Shown here one piece after another: positions 27,506 to 41,400 of a stretch of DNA of 64,000 bases (position 1 is the stretch's first letter; every line of letters begins with the position of its first letter). The DNA is from Eledone cirrhosa. Its lineage: Eukaryota. The notes beneath the pieces were generated by a model that worked only from the letters and a program-made list of their open reading frames with translations, searched no databases and was not told the origin of the DNA. The position numbers were made by a program, and so were the translations under genes. Location of the stretch: positions 1 to 64,000 of the forward strand of contig CAXHJY010000725.1 of the NCBI GenBank assembly GCA_964016885.1, written 5' to 3'.

Positions 27506-28299
27506 AAGATGATAATAATAGTATAACAAATAAATAGATAAAATAAAAGTGAGGGGATTTTTGTCACCTGAACTTTTTATTTTTATTTATTTTTTTTATA
27601 ATTTATTTTATTTTATTTTTTTTTACATATTTTCTACAGATGAATGAGAAAAAATAGAAAATACAAATCTCTCAAAAAATGTTTCTCACCAGTTTACTGA
27701 AAACAAGGCAATTACAAAAGGACCCCTTGGATACAGAGGGGCTTCTAAAAGGTCATCTCTTTTACACATCAGCATCTTAAAAAGCATTTAGATCTACTCA
27801 GATATCTATTTGACCTATTTTAAGCTAGCTTAAATTCAACACTTTCTTTTATTATTATTTTATTTTTATTTTTTTATTTATTTATTTTTTTATTTATTTA
27901 TTAGTTTATTCATTTTATTTTTTATTTTATTTTACTTATTTATTTATTTTAATTTTTATTTTATTTATTTATTTATTTTTTGTTTATTTAGTTATTTCAT
28001 AAATTCCAAAGCACAGGACTTTCTCTCAGAAGTCTGATGATGGTAAAATTGCTAGCACCATTGTGTAAATCTAAGCAGTTTTTTGGGCAGACAGAGAAAA
28101 ATGGTATTTTAGAACTTTAAATGGTGATTCACACAGAAATTGAGCAGGAATCTCACGGATAAAACAAAACAAAAAGAAGAAAGAAAAAGAAAGAAAGAAA
28201 AGAAGCAAAAGAAAAAGAGAGGAGAAAAAAGTAGATAGATAAGTGCAATGAAATGGAATGATAAGTTTTTTCATGTGATACAAGAGGCAATAATTCTGT

Positions 28300-28376
<77 letters not shown>

Positions 28377-28831
28377 TATAATCCATCAATTTGATCCAGT
28401 AGAAATTGTCTAGACGGTGGGTAAAGTATAACATGTCTAGACTGTTAAACTACTCCTCTTGCCACTCCCCACACCACACTTATGCCATCACCACCACCAC
28501 CGTGTAATAATATGACAGAGGAGGTGGTTAAAAAATGTGAGCGTGTGTCTGTGAAATATATATATACACATATATATACCAGGTCCGAACACAAAAGAAC
28601 CAAACCCCCACTGTAACTGACTCCATTCCGTCTCTCCCACTCACCCCATCTCTCACTATCATTTTGAGCAAATGGGTGTCCATGCGCTGCCACCCCTCGG
28701 CCCTGGAGAACAGAATAGAGAAGGTATTTTCTCCAGAGGATGGTGAGGGAGATGATCTGGAAGAGCCATTCCAGTTCACAAGGTTAATTAAACAATTCAT
28801 GATGGAGTGGGTACACAGTATGGTCTTCTCT

Positions 28832-29755
28832 GCTCAACAGGGTGTGTGGCAGTGGTGCTTCTAGAATAACAGACTTGTAGATCACAATCCTCAGTTCAAC
28901 AGGGGGTGTGGCAGTGGAACATCTAGAACAACAGACTTGTAGATCACAGTCCTCAGCTTAACATGGGGATGTGGCAGTGGCACATCTAGAATAACAGACT
29001 TGTATATCACAATCCTCAGCTCAACAGAGCATGTGGCAGTGGCACATCTAGAATAACAAACTTGCATATCACAATCCTCAGTTCAACAGAGCGTGTGACA
29101 GTGGAACATCTAGAACAACAGACTTGTATATCGCAATCCTCAGCTCAACAGAGCATGTGGCAGTGGCACATCTAGAATAACAAACTTGTATATCACAATC
29201 CTCAGTTCAACAGAGCGTGTGACAGTGGAACATCTAGAACAACAGACTTGTATATCACAATCCTCAGTTCAAAAGGGGATGTGTGACAGTGTCAAATCTA
29301 GTACAACAGACTTGTAGATCACAGTCCTCAGTTCAACAGAGGAGGTATGACAGTGGCACATCTAGAACAACAGACTTGTATATCACAATCCTCAGCTCAA
29401 CAGGGGAGGTGTGACAGTGGCACATCTAGAACAACAGACTTGTATATCACAATCCTCAGCTCAACAGAGGAGGTGTGACAGTGGCACATCTAGTACAACA
29501 GACTTGTAGATCACAGTCCTTAGCTCAACATGGGCCTGTGACAGTGGCACATCTAGAACAACAGACTTGTATATCACAATCCTCAGCTCAACAGGGGAGG
29601 TGTGGCAGTAGCACATCTAGAACAACAGACTTGTATATCACAATCCTCAGTTCAACAGGGGAGGTGTGACAGTGTCACATCTAGAACAACAGACTTGTAT
29701 ATTACAATCCTCAGCTCAACAGGGGGTGGTGTGACAGTGACACATCTAGAACAAT
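28832..29755. repeat. Minisatellite, ~62-64 bp unit, about 15 copies
   Basis: Unit ctcaacagggg(a)ggtgtgacagtggcacatctagaacaacagacttgtatatcacaatcctcag. Confidence 0.95.
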
Positions 29756-29799
29756 AAACAGGTGGATCAAACCTAGTCATTAGACTGATGATATAATGG

Positions 29800-30395
29800 T
29801 GAGAGAATGGTGGATTGATTGGAAGCATTAGTAGGACATCAGATAAACTACTGTTGCGGTAGTTGTTGTTCCAGCTCTTTATATTCTGAGTTCAAATCAC
29901 ATCAAAGTCAACGTTTCCTTTCATTCTTATGGGATCAATAAAATAAAGTACCACTTAAGTAGTGGAGTCTCACACCAAGGTGAACTTTTCCTTTCATTCT
30001 TATGAAGGTTGATAAAATAAAGTACCAGTTAAATTCTAGGGTCTCATAAAAATGTCGACTTTTCCTTTCATTCTTATGGAGGTAAACAAAATAAAGTACC
30101 AGTCATATACTGGGGTCTGACACCAAGGTCAACTTTTCTTTTCATCCTTATGGGGTCAATAAAATAAAGTACCAGTGATATACTGGGATCTCACACCATG
30201 GTCAACTTTTGCTTTCATCCTTATGGGGTCAATAAAATAAAGTACCAGTGATATACTGGTGCCTCACATCAAAGTCAACTTTTCCTTTCATCCTTATTGG
30301 GTTGATAAATTAAAGTACCAGTCATATACTGGAGTTGATTTAATCAACTTTGCTCTTCCCCAAGATTGCTTGCTTCGTGCCTAAATTAGAAAGCA
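29800..30395 (+). mobile_element. SINE with six-fold internal tandem amplification (~73-bp unit)
   Basis: Single head (gagttcaaatc 29888) and single tail (gtgcctaaattagaaa) around six repeats of the central domain. Confidence 0.8.
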
Positions 30396-30652
30396 TTAAA
30401 CTGATAAACTAATGAGGCAATGAGGAAACCTTCACATGACTAACACTCAACATGCTAGAAATAACAGCCAAATTCCCTTCAAGCCATACCCTTCAATCTT
30501 CTAAATAATGATTCAGTGGATAATGCAGTTTGCAGTACATTAGTCCTAATTTTCTTTCTTTTATTGTTTTGTCAAGGAGGGAAAAGCAATGTCTATGACT
30601 ATTTCCGAGTCCTCTAAAATTGATTGGAAGGGAGGGAAGAGGGTATCCTTAA

Positions 30653-30871
30653 CCCTTTAGCATTTAAACCAGCCGTATCAGGCCAGAATTCTCTAACCCC
30701 TTTCTGTTTGAATCAGCCATAACCAGCTGCTCATACTGATAAGGTATTGTTCTCAAAATAAATAATATCAAAATCTCATATTTTCAAATGTTATGTGAGA
30801 TAATTCTGTGAGATAAAGCCTTTACTGTGAAAATACAATAGTAAATATAGATTAATGTAAATGGTAAAGGG
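30653..30871. mobile_element. piggyBac-type MITE
   Basis: TTAA on both sides; TIR ccctttagcattta / taaatggtaaaggg (13 of 14 match). Confidence 0.8.
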
Positions 30872-31049
30872 TTAAACCAGAAACCTGACCCACCTGCTTC
30901 CAACAGATTGGACTATGCTAAAGACAACCTAAGAGGGGAGAGGGCCAAGTGCCGGTGGTAAACTGGGCTATAGATTAAGTCTACCATGCCAAATATTTGG
31001 AATACATTTAATCATAAGGTCTGGTTAATTTGGCCCAGCATGGAGCTAA

Positions 31050-31288
31050 ATAACAATAACAATAACAATAACAACAACAACAATAACAACATACTTCCTA
31101 AGTACAGTAGCTCTGTTCTACCAGACCAGAGCTGACCTGAAGAGATACAACAACAACAACAACTACTACAACAGCAACCACAACAACAACTACAACATCA
31201 ACAACAGACAAATACTTTCTATGTACAGAAGTTATCTACTACCTGACAACAACAACAACAACAACAACAACAACATCAACAATAACAT

Positions 31289-31329
<41 letters not shown>

Positions 31330-31460
31330 TGCTTCCTATGTACAATAGTTCTGTTCTGCCAGAGCTGACCTGAAGGGATACAACAACAATAACGTGCTTC
31401 TTATGTACAGAAGCTATCTACTACCTGACCAGATCTGACCGGAAGTGATACAACAACAAC
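31050..31460. repeat. (CAA)n-rich degenerate tandem repeat
   Basis: Repeated cttcctatgtaca..ag..ct.ttctaccagac..agctgacctgaag.gatacaacaac blocks. Confidence 0.7.
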
Positions 31461-31614
31461 CACCAACCCACTGAGGCTATGGTGGTGGTGGTGGTGGGGT
31501 GGGGTGGGGGGTGGGTGGGGGGGGAGGGGGCATTACATATCATTCCACTGAATCATGTTTTGAAAGTTAATTTAAGATGATGATCATATTTGCTGGTGCT
31601 GTGGATGATGATAC

Positions 31615-31661
<47 letters not shown>

Positions 31662-32049
31662 GTGATGATTAAGATGTACTAATTGAACTACTGAGTGGCA
31701 ATGGGAACAGAATACAATATATAGATTTCATTTTTCCAGTCTCCTTTTCAACAAGGAAGATGAAAAAAAAACTTGCCTCAGTACCTACACACCCTTTACT
31801 CCTCATTGGTCCTCCCACACCCCACACGACAACAACAAGAACAACAACAACAACTATTTCTTCTAAAATTATTGAGCACTCACACTACTGATAAAGTAAA
31901 TGATGTTGGCTTCACTAAGATTAAGGTGTCAGTCACTTAGAAATCTCGAATAATTTCTTTTGGTCAGGGTATAACAAATTAACAGAATTTTGAAGTTATC
32001 TACTCTTCTTTTTCTTCTTCTTCTTCTTCTTCTTCTTTGCTCATTTATT

Positions 32050-32262
32050 TCTGAGAGGGCTGTGGAGGGCAGAGTCCCCAAACACTCATTCAAGAGGATC
32101 CTGTCAGAAGCAACCGTCTCCACCTTGACCTGACTAGATTGCCAGGCGTGACCAGCCAAGTTCAAGGATGTTATCCAACCATCTTCCTCGGGATCTACCC
32201 TGGGTCTCCTGCCAGTTGGTTTTGCCCATAAAATCTGTCCAGCGATTCTTTCCTAAGACATC
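32050..32262 (-). mobile_element. RTE-like LINE 3' fragment
   Basis: Reverse strand reads PTGRRPRVDP..RWLDNI, typical of an RTE C-terminus. Confidence 0.55.
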
Positions 32263-33016
32263 AGATTCTAAAAAAAAAACTTATTATTAGGAAAGAAAAG
32301 GTTTATATTTATCTTTTTTTTTTCTCCATCTACTTATTTATGTAAAAAAAAATCTAACAAACCATTTATTTATTTATCTACCTGTCTGACATTATCACCA
32401 TTATTATCAACATCATCATCATCATCATCATGACCATCATGACCATCATCATGACTATCATCATCATGACCATCGTCACCACCACCATCGTCATCACCAT
32501 CATCATCATTCTCATCATCATCATCATCATGACCACCATCACCATCACCATCATCACCATTATCACCCTCATGACCATCACTATCATGACCATCATCATC
32601 ATAACCACAATCACCACCATCACCATCATCACCATCATCATCATCGTCGTGACCACAATCATCATCATCATCATCAGCAGCAACAGTTAATGTCCTCTGT
32701 AATGATATGGTACACCTATTCTAAGGCAGCATTGGTTGTGTCATTAGAACATAGGAAAGAATACTTTGCCATTCTGAGTTCAAACCCACTAAGGTCAACT
32801 TTGCCTTACCATCATCATGATTATGATGATGGTCATCATCATCACCATAATTATCATCAAGATCATGATCATGATAGCCACCACCATCACCATCGTTGTC
32901 TTCATCGTTGTCATCATTATCATCATCATCATCATCATCATATCATAATCATCATCTAATGTTAGTAGTTTATCCCAGGTAGGTTATAAAGAATGACAGA
33001 GTATTCATTTGTCAAA

Positions 33017-33205
33017 TAATTGTTTCTACATTTGGCACAAGGCCAGCAAATACCCAGTGCATTACTGGTACTTTATTTTATCGACCCCGTAAGGTTGAAA
33101 GGCAAATTTAACCTCGGCGGGATTTGAACTTAGATCATACAGGGAGGTAACTCCCTGCTTCAAAGCATGGCGTCCGACCTTCTACCGATACTGCCAATCC
33201 ACCGC
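33017..33205 (-). mobile_element. Nin-domain-like SINE
   Basis: Same family as 17845. Confidence 0.8.
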
Positions 33206-33325
33206 ATGTTAGCTAAGACAGGATTACTGCCGGACCGGCAACCGCTCTTTCAAACCAGTTCCTGTACACAGCTAAGTATTCTATAAGTCTCTAGCTGTGT
33301 CATTCTCGATAAAAGCACTGGATAT

Positions 33326-33368
33326 GTAGTCCTGATGATTTCTAACGAGAATGAAACGCGTAGATTAC
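33326..33368 (+). ncRNA. Minimal type I hammerhead ribozyme
   Basis: gtagtc-ctgatga-t ttct aacg agaa t-gaaa-cgcg-ta-gattac; 15-bp distal extension ttctcgataaaagca/tgcttttatcgagaa. Confidence 0.88.
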
Positions 33369-33635
33369 TTCCCTTGCTTTTATCGAGAATCTAATTGTAA
33401 TACGTGACGTATTCTATTCTATAGCGATTAGGTCTTCAAAATGTTTATTATAAACATACAGAATATTTTCGAATATTCTATGTCTATATTCACATATATA
33501 TCGCTATTTCAGAGCATTTATTCCAATTTCTAATTTCTGCCGGACCGGCAACCGCTCTTTCAAACCAGTTCCTGTACACAGCTAAGTATTCTATAAGTCT
33601 CTAGCTGTGTCATTCTCGATAAAAGCACTGGATAT

Positions 33636-33678
33636 GTAGTCCTGATGATTTCTAACGAGAATGAAACGCGTAGATTAC
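33636..33678 (+). ncRNA. Minimal type I hammerhead ribozyme (second unit)
   Basis: Identical to 33326-33368. Confidence 0.88.
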
Positions 33679-33864
33679 TTCCCTTGCTTTTATCGAGAAT
33701 CTAATTGTAATACGTGACGTATTCTATTCTATAGCGATTAGGTCTTCAAAATGTTTATTATAAACATACAGAATATTTTCGAATATTCTATGTCTATATT
33801 CACATATATATCGCTATTTCAGAGCATTTATTCCAATTTCAAATCATATATATATATATATATA

Positions 33865-34208
33865 TGGAGACACATGGCTTAGTGGTTAGAGCATTGGCCT
33901 TGCAATCGAGAGATTGTGAGTTCAATTCTCTGACCGGGTGATGTATTGTTTCCTTGAGCAAGACACTTTATTTCACACTGCTCCAGTTTACTCAGCTGTA
34001 GAAATGAGATGATAGGGACTGGGGTCTCTATCATTCCACTGTAAAGTAGACGTGTAGGTGCCACGGCAAAAAACACCCAGCACTCACTGTAAATGAGGTT
34101 GGTGTTAGGAAGGGCATCCAGCTGTAGAAATCAAGCCAGAATCAGTTCCCATCCCACCCTTGCAAGCAGGGAAAAAGCGGACGTAAAATGAAATGATGAA
34201 ATGATGAT
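33865..34208 (+). mobile_element. Full-length tRNA-derived SINE with RTE-derived 3' tail
   Basis: A-box tggcttagtggttagagc, B-box gagttcaattc, central domain, then tail matching RTE 3' UTR 22440-22670. Confidence 0.85.
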
Positions 34209-34350
34209 ATATATATATATTGTTATACTTTGGGAGGGTCATGTTGCAACATTGGCAACATGACCCTCCCAAAGTATAACAATATCGGTTTCAACACACG
34301 TTTTCAGATAAAGAATCTTGCTAAACACATTCAGAAACGAAATATATATA

Positions 34351-34946
34351 TGAATAAAGTTAGTCCTTCATCAGTGATCTTCCAACCATCATCGGTATTT
34401 CATCGCTTTAAAGACCATATACCTCCGGTTGGTGCAAGCAACGGCTAAAAAAAGTCGTTGGGACACGTAAATAAAGGGAACAGCAAGAGTGTAAACAAAC
34501 AAAGATGGTGAAGCAACGAAAAATGAGGAAGAACGAGTGAAGTCCCAAATTTCCATGAATATAAGTTCGGTGAAATCGTGAACGAGAGAGAATAAAGACC
34601 ATCAAACCTGGTTGGAATGTGAGCAAGGAAGGAATTCCGTACAGGTCTAACGGGAGGAAGAAGGAATCTAGTCTGTGAATTCGGTGAACATAAGTTCTGT
34701 GAAATCGTAGACGAGAGAGAGAAAAAAGGCGAACCAGCCTGACCCCGACGGCTGAGCTCAAGCCGTTTCGACGGCTAATTCTGGACTAAAAAAATAAAAA
34801 AATAAAAAAAATCCAGAAATAGCCGTCGAAACGGCTTGAGCTCACGCGTCGGGGTCCTACTCGTTCCTATTACCCACTCTACTACCCTAAGTATTGAGTA
34901 CTTTGGTGCGTTATGGTCCATCTGGTTCCTTACCACATTTCCTTCG

Positions 34947-34949
<3 letters not shown>
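34351..34949 (-). mobile_element. Two abutting (TA)n-anchored families (permuted-hammerhead family and hairpin family)
   Basis: 34351-34730 matches 6513-6890; 34738-34949 matches 6201-6420. Confidence 0.7.
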
Positions 34950-35020
<71 letters not shown>

Positions 35021-35448
35021 TTATTAAAATAACAGATTAAAGTTTAAGCAAAGAATCGCTGCTTTCACCCTTAACGGATTTTAGTCTTCAAATTTATTAT
35101 TATTACTGTATATATCAACATCATCATCATCGTTTAACGTCCATCTTCCACGCTAGCATGGGTTAGACGCGAGTTGTCCCATTTGAGGCAAGATTAGACT
35201 GGTGACTGTGTCTCGCTCGTATAGGACTATCTGGCAGGTTCTCTCCGGCTAGATGCCCTTCCTAACACCAACCACATTTACAGTGTGGTCTGAGAGGTTT
35301 TTATCGTGTTACTTACATGACCACAATACAGCGTGGACTGTATATATATATATATATATATATATGATTGTACCCTGAGCTGATCAATATCTAAACAATT
35401 GTAATATGCAACTAAAGTTTGTACATATGTTACCACACTTCGATTCTT

Positions 35449-35738
<290 letters not shown>

Positions 35739-35974
35739 CAAAGAAAGTATGGTAAGAAACCAGGTGGACCAGTACGAACCAGAGTACTCGATACTTAGGG
35801 TAGTAGAGTGGATAATATGAAACCAGTCAGAACCCCAACGTCTGAGCTCCGGCCATTTCAACAGCCAGATCCGAACTGTTCAGATCTAGCCGTCGGGGTC
35901 CTGACTCTTTTCCTATATCTATGTACAGGGAAAGTTGGCGCTAATAATCGCAGTGATAGACACATTTTCCCAAT

Positions 35975-36615
35975 GTAGGTTGGTTCTATAGAAGTGGTTG
36001 ATAGCTTCCGATACCTAGGTGATCAGATTAGCATGGGGGGAGGGGGGGTGTTCTGAGGCCATAGTATCTAGAATAAGGACAGATTGGAAGACGTTTAGGG
36101 AGCTTCTTCCCCTGTTGACAAAGAGGGGTTTCTCCCTGTGTACGAAAGGACGGTTATATGATGCCTGTGTGAGATGCGCGATGCTGCATGGTAGTGAGAC
36201 ATGAGCAGCAACTGCAGAGGATATGCGACAGCTGAAGAGAAAGAAGCAAGCATGCTCCGTTGGATCTGCAATGTGAATGTGCGTGAACGACCAAGCATAG
36301 ACAAGTTGAGAAAGAAACTGGGTATAAAGAGGGATAAGTTGTGGTGTGCAGGGGTGAAGACTGAGATGGTATGGACATGTGATGCGCATGGAGGATGACC
36401 GCCGGGCAAAGAAGTGCGAAGAAATCCCAGTAGAAGGAAGAGGCAGTAGAGGGAGACCACATAAAACATGGGCGGAGGTGGTGAGAGCAGACCTCAGATC
36501 ACTGAAACTCACTGAGGAGATGACGAAGGACCGTGACAAATGGAGAGATGCTGTGCTGAATAGGACCCGTCCTACCCTTGCAAGCAGAGAAAAGCAGACG
36601 TAAAATGATGATGAT
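35975..36615 (+). mobile_element. 3' fragment of a diverged RTE LINE
   Basis: WKTFRELLPLL, KGRLYDACVRCAMLHGSET, GRPHKTW; (GAT)n tail. Confidence 0.85.
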
Positions 36616-37000
36616 ATATGAGGAACTTTTACAATTGTATTTACACGGTACAACATAGTTGAATTAGTTCGGTGTAAGGGAGTGGCATCACATTGTTTCG
36701 AAATGAACTCCTTGAACACATACAACCATGCCTGTAACTCTTGACTTATTGAAATAAAATATTTTACTAACAAGCAATGTTGAACTCATAAAGTGTCTGT
36801 GTTATAATTTCTCTGTCCATTTTTCTCTTCTCTCTGAAATATTAGATGTTGCAGCAAGTCTCCCGTATTCTTCAAAGCATTCACAATAATATTTCACTAG
36901 TATATAAACAAACAAACATACACACACACACATATATATATATATAAATATAAATATAGATATACATAAATCCCTCTCTCTATTTCTCTCACTCTTTCTT

Positions 37001-37074
<74 letters not shown>

Positions 37075-37131
37075 TGTATATATACTGTATATAATGTATA
37101 TACTGTATATATATACATATATATGTTTGTG

Positions 37132-37224
<93 letters not shown>

Positions 37225-37435
37225 GTATATATGTATTTGTGAGTGTGCAGTATATATTCATATATATATATATATAGCAATTGAAAATACTAGAATTGTC
37301 TATTGCATATGTAAGCTATGTTTATCGTTAAATCTTTAGTTTGCTGTCATACAGGCAGATGTTGTCAGGGAAGGCACGTAGAGTCGACATTCCTCATTAC
37401 AGTTTGCTTTTGCTGGGATGAAGAGAGATAGATAG

Positions 37436-37722
37436 ATTTCTTTATTAGCCACAAGGGCGCAACAAGAAAGGGGACAATACAAAAGACATGCCGGGGATTT
37501 TACATACAGTCGTGTAAAAAATATAAAAACAAACAATTTCAACAATCGAAATCCCCAATAGGGGGGAGGCGTCACAAATGGGTTGTTTAATACCCCGTCG
37601 ATAGAACAACCCTCAACTCGAGGAGCGTGTTGTGCAAGTGCTCCTTTCTTCCTTTTGCTCTCTTCCTCAACCTACAGGCTTATAAACAGAGAAGGCCCAA
37701 TCACTCAGGCCATTTTCGCTTC
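37436..37722 (-). mobile_element. Tx1 array unit A (3' fragment) with 18-bp TSD
   Basis: atgaagagagatagatag at 37418-37435 and 37723-37740. Confidence 0.9.
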
Positions 37723-37751
37723 ATGAAGAGAGATAGATAGGTAGATAGATA

Positions 37752-37891
37752 GATTTCTTTATTAGCCACAAGGGCGCAACAAGAAAGGGGACAATACAAA
37801 GACATGCCGGGGATTTTACATACAGTCGTGTAAAAAATATAAAAACAAACAATTTCAACAATCGAAATCCCCAATAGGGGGGATGCGCCAC
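37752..37891 (-). mobile_element. Tx1 array unit B (3' UTR fragment)
   Basis: Near-identical to unit A 3' end; (GATA)n on both sides. Confidence 0.85.
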
Positions 37892-37908
37892 AGATAGATA
37901 GATAGATA

Positions 37909-38385
37909 TGTTTCTTTATTAGCCACATGGGCACAAAAGAAGGGGACAAATACAAAGGGGGAAATTTACATACAATAAAAACGTGTAAAATACTATCACA
38001 AATGCAATTTAAAAATTAGTCGATTTTTCCCAATAGGGGTAGACATTACATATGAAAAAAATGTGCAATCCTCATCTCCAGGAGTACGAAGAGTGAGTAC
38101 TCCCTTCCTCTCTTCCTCTTTTTCCTCAAGGTACAGGCTGATATAGAGAGAAGGCCCATTCACTCGGGCCATTCTCGCCACTTTCACCCACCTTTCATAA
38201 AACTTGCTGGGGTACATCACCTCTCTCTCTAACCTGATTCTTCTTCCAAAGTGGTATTTGAAAAAAAAGAATCAGTTGTTGGCCGGAGAGAAAGGTATCT
38301 GACTTCAGCCCTTTTAATCTCGTCCACAATACAACCTCTTTCGCGATAGCTATCACACAAAGGAAAACCTCCTCTCCTTCGTTTT
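37909..38385 (-). mobile_element. Tx1 array unit C (3' fragment, second subfamily)
   Basis: FYERWVKVARMARVNGPSLYISL; similar to unit H. Confidence 0.85.
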
Positions 38386-38403
38386 AGATAGATAGATAGA
38401 TAG

Positions 38404-41400
38404 ATTTCTTTATTTGCCACAAGGGCGCACAATAAAAGGGACAATACAAAGACATGCCGGGGATTTTACATACAGTCGTGTAAAAAATCTAAAACAAACA
38501 ATTATAACAATCGAAATCCCCAATAGAGGGGGGGGGGGGAGCGCCACAAATGGGTTGTTTAATACCCCGTCGATAGAACAACCCTCAACTTCAGGAGCGT
38601 GTTGTGCGAGTGTTCCTTTCTTCCTTTTGCTCTCTTCTTTAACCTACAGGCAAGCCCCAATCACTCGGGCTTTTTTTGCCACATTCACCCACCTTTCAGT
38701 AAATTTACTGGGGTGCAGTGCTTCTCTCTCCACTCTGATTCTCCTTCTAAAGTGATACTTAAAGAAGGGAATCAATTGTTGTCCGGAGAGAAAGGCATCT
38801 GTCCTCAGTCCTCTCAATCTCGTCCACTATATAACCTCTTTCACCATAGCCACTGTACAGAGGAAAACCGCCTTTCTTTCGTTTTTGAAAGAGGCTGGCG
38901 GTTTGATCCTTATTATAGACTCGGCAGTCAACTGGATTTGTCCCATACGCGACAGCAGTTGTTCTACATAGTTCCACAGGTCGGTTACGCCCGAGCAGTG
39001 TACAATTGCGTGCAGGACGGTTTCAATGTCCTGCGCGCATCTTGGACACGTCCTCTTGGAAGGATCCCTGCCTGGGCGTCCGTGCCTGTAGATCTTGTCA
39101 CGAACTGGTAGAGCTCCTCGGTAGCACTGCCAGGCCGGGACCTCTGGAAGTTGTCCATAGGTCCCGGGCGGAAAGTCCTACCAAACAGACTGGTGAACTC
39201 ATCGTCTTCGACGCCCAGAATCTCTCTCGAACATGTCATCGCCATTGTAACGTACAATCCCTCTATAGAATGTCGAAACTGGAAGAGCATGCGTTCCATC
39301 TTGGCGAGGTATTTACGGGGACAAGGCACGACAGTCAAACGGTAGTAGATGACGGAAGCTATGAAAGTGTTCGCCACCTCCGCTCGACCTTTCAAGGACA
39401 GATTGCACTCTGCCCACTTCTGGGTGAGCGCAAACACATTGGCCGTGACCTCGTTCCAGTTTTTCTCCACCTGGAGGTCTGGACCGAACCAGACCCCGAG
39501 AAATTTAAACGGTCCTTCTGTCTAGCGTCCGACGACGCTGTCGGACGGCTTCGGTTTGCCTCTCCACGCACCGAGTTGCAAACCGACAGACTTGTCCGGG
39601 TTCAGTTTTGCTCCTGTGAACCTTTCATATTCCTGTAGTAGGTTGCCGATTACCTCGATTTCAAAGGTTTTCGACACCATTACCGTCACGTCGTCGGCAT
39701 AAGCCGACGCCGCTTTTCGTAGTCCCGGTTCTAAAGGGATGCCCTGCAAAAGCTCCAACTTCCGCAGTAGTGGCTCTAGAGTCAATCCGTACAGAATGGA
39801 GGAGAGAGGGCATCCCTGTCGAATGGAACGCGTGATTGCGAACGGCTCCGATAGGTAGCCGTTCACCTTGACCTTCGAGTAGATGCTGGTCTGCATCACC
39901 TACATCCAGCCTCTGAAAACGGGACCGAAACCGGCCGCCTTGAGAACCGCTTCCAAGTATTGATGGTCGACCCTATCGAATGCCTTAGACTGATCTAAAT
40001 TTATCAGAGCCCCACCGAAGCCGGGTTTACACCCCACCATTTATATGATCTATCGCATGAGTTGGAGATTGTCGTGTATGGACCTGGTCGGTATTGTACA
40101 CGTTTGCGCTTTCCCTACCAGGTTTTCGACGAGAAGTGCCAGCCTCGTTGCTAGCACCTTGGCCCAAATCTTTAACTCTTTAAGCAGAGTTATGGGCCTG
40201 AAATTGTTTATTTCGTCCTCCTTGTTCTCGTCTTTCCTGATCAGTGTTACTACGCCCTTGCCTGCAGAACTGGCAATTGTCCCGTTCTGCTGCCAATTGC
40301 AGTAGACGGCTTCGAGGACGCCAGAGAACAAGTCCGGCATACCTCTGTAAAACTCATAGGATAGACCATCTAAACCGGGTGACTTACGTTTCCCGCAGCG
40401 ACCCAGAGCATCCCGTATTTCAGTGGCTGTGATCGGTCTTCCGCAGAACTCGGCATCCATGCTCGGGAGACGCGACAGGCCGTCGAGGTATGAACGAAAG
40501 TCCATTGCCCCGTTCGGTGCACCGTCGTTCAGCTCAAACAGTCGCGCAAAGTACACTGAAAGGCCGCGCACATCTTCCTGGGGTCAAGTAGCACGCGTCC
40601 GTTTTGGTCTTTCAAAGACTGAATCGTGGACTTGTTGCCACTTTTCGCTTCCGCCACTCGGGCCCAGCTAACAGCTTTTGCTCCCTCGTTTCCTAGTGCA
40701 CGTGATTTACTTCTGACCACGCAGCCTTCGTGTTTCGCATCGAAGAACTGGTCCAGTACCGTTCTCGATGCTAGCACTCTAGCTGCGTTGCCACTCCTAA
40801 GCGCCTCTTCTATCTTGGCTACTACTTCTGTTTCTGATTTGTTTTTCTCTAAAGTTAATTCTCTACTAAACCCTATCGATTCTACTCTAATTGCCCTCTT
40901 GAGAGAGTACCACCATCTATTGTTGACGACGGCTCCCGTCAACTGTTGCTTAACTAATCTACTTCACTGTAGGCTTTTCGTGCCGGCAACGACACGTTCA
41001 GCTTCCAGTATCCGGGTCCCTGTCTATGTATTCTATCACGGTTGACTACGCAGACGACTAGTTTGTGATCTGAATAGGCAATCATGTGCATTTGTGGACA
41101 GCTTAACATCTTCTTGTCCTTCTCTCTAAAGAAAACCCTGTCTAGATACGATCTAGATGTCCCGCTGCGGTTTGCCCATGTCCACTGTGGTGCAGTCGGT
41201 AAATCTAGTCGATATCTATCGGTCAGTTGGAATTGGCCGATTAGATTTTTGAGGCTGTTGCACCCCGCTCTACTGGGACATGCTCCCACATAGTCCCATC
41301 GTGCATCTAGGATACCATTCCAGTCTCCCACTAAAAGCAAGGAGCGAGACGTTCCCAGAAAAGACTCTAGTCGCTTAATGAAGTCTGGCCGCGATTGTGA

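Larger units (their letters stand above)
33227..33840 (+). mobile_element. Tandem dimer of a 310-bp hammerhead-containing unit (retrozyme/pLTR-like)
   Basis: 33227-33530 apparently identical to 33537-33840; ends near (TA)n. Confidence 0.85.

Noticed and set aside
27640-27780. Possible host exon after a T-rich tract and tttctacag
   Set aside because: All three frames hit a stop within a few codons of the AG; no recognisable homology.
28832-29755. Regular repeat array as possible CRISPR
   Set aside because: No unique spacers, no cas genes, eukaryotic context.
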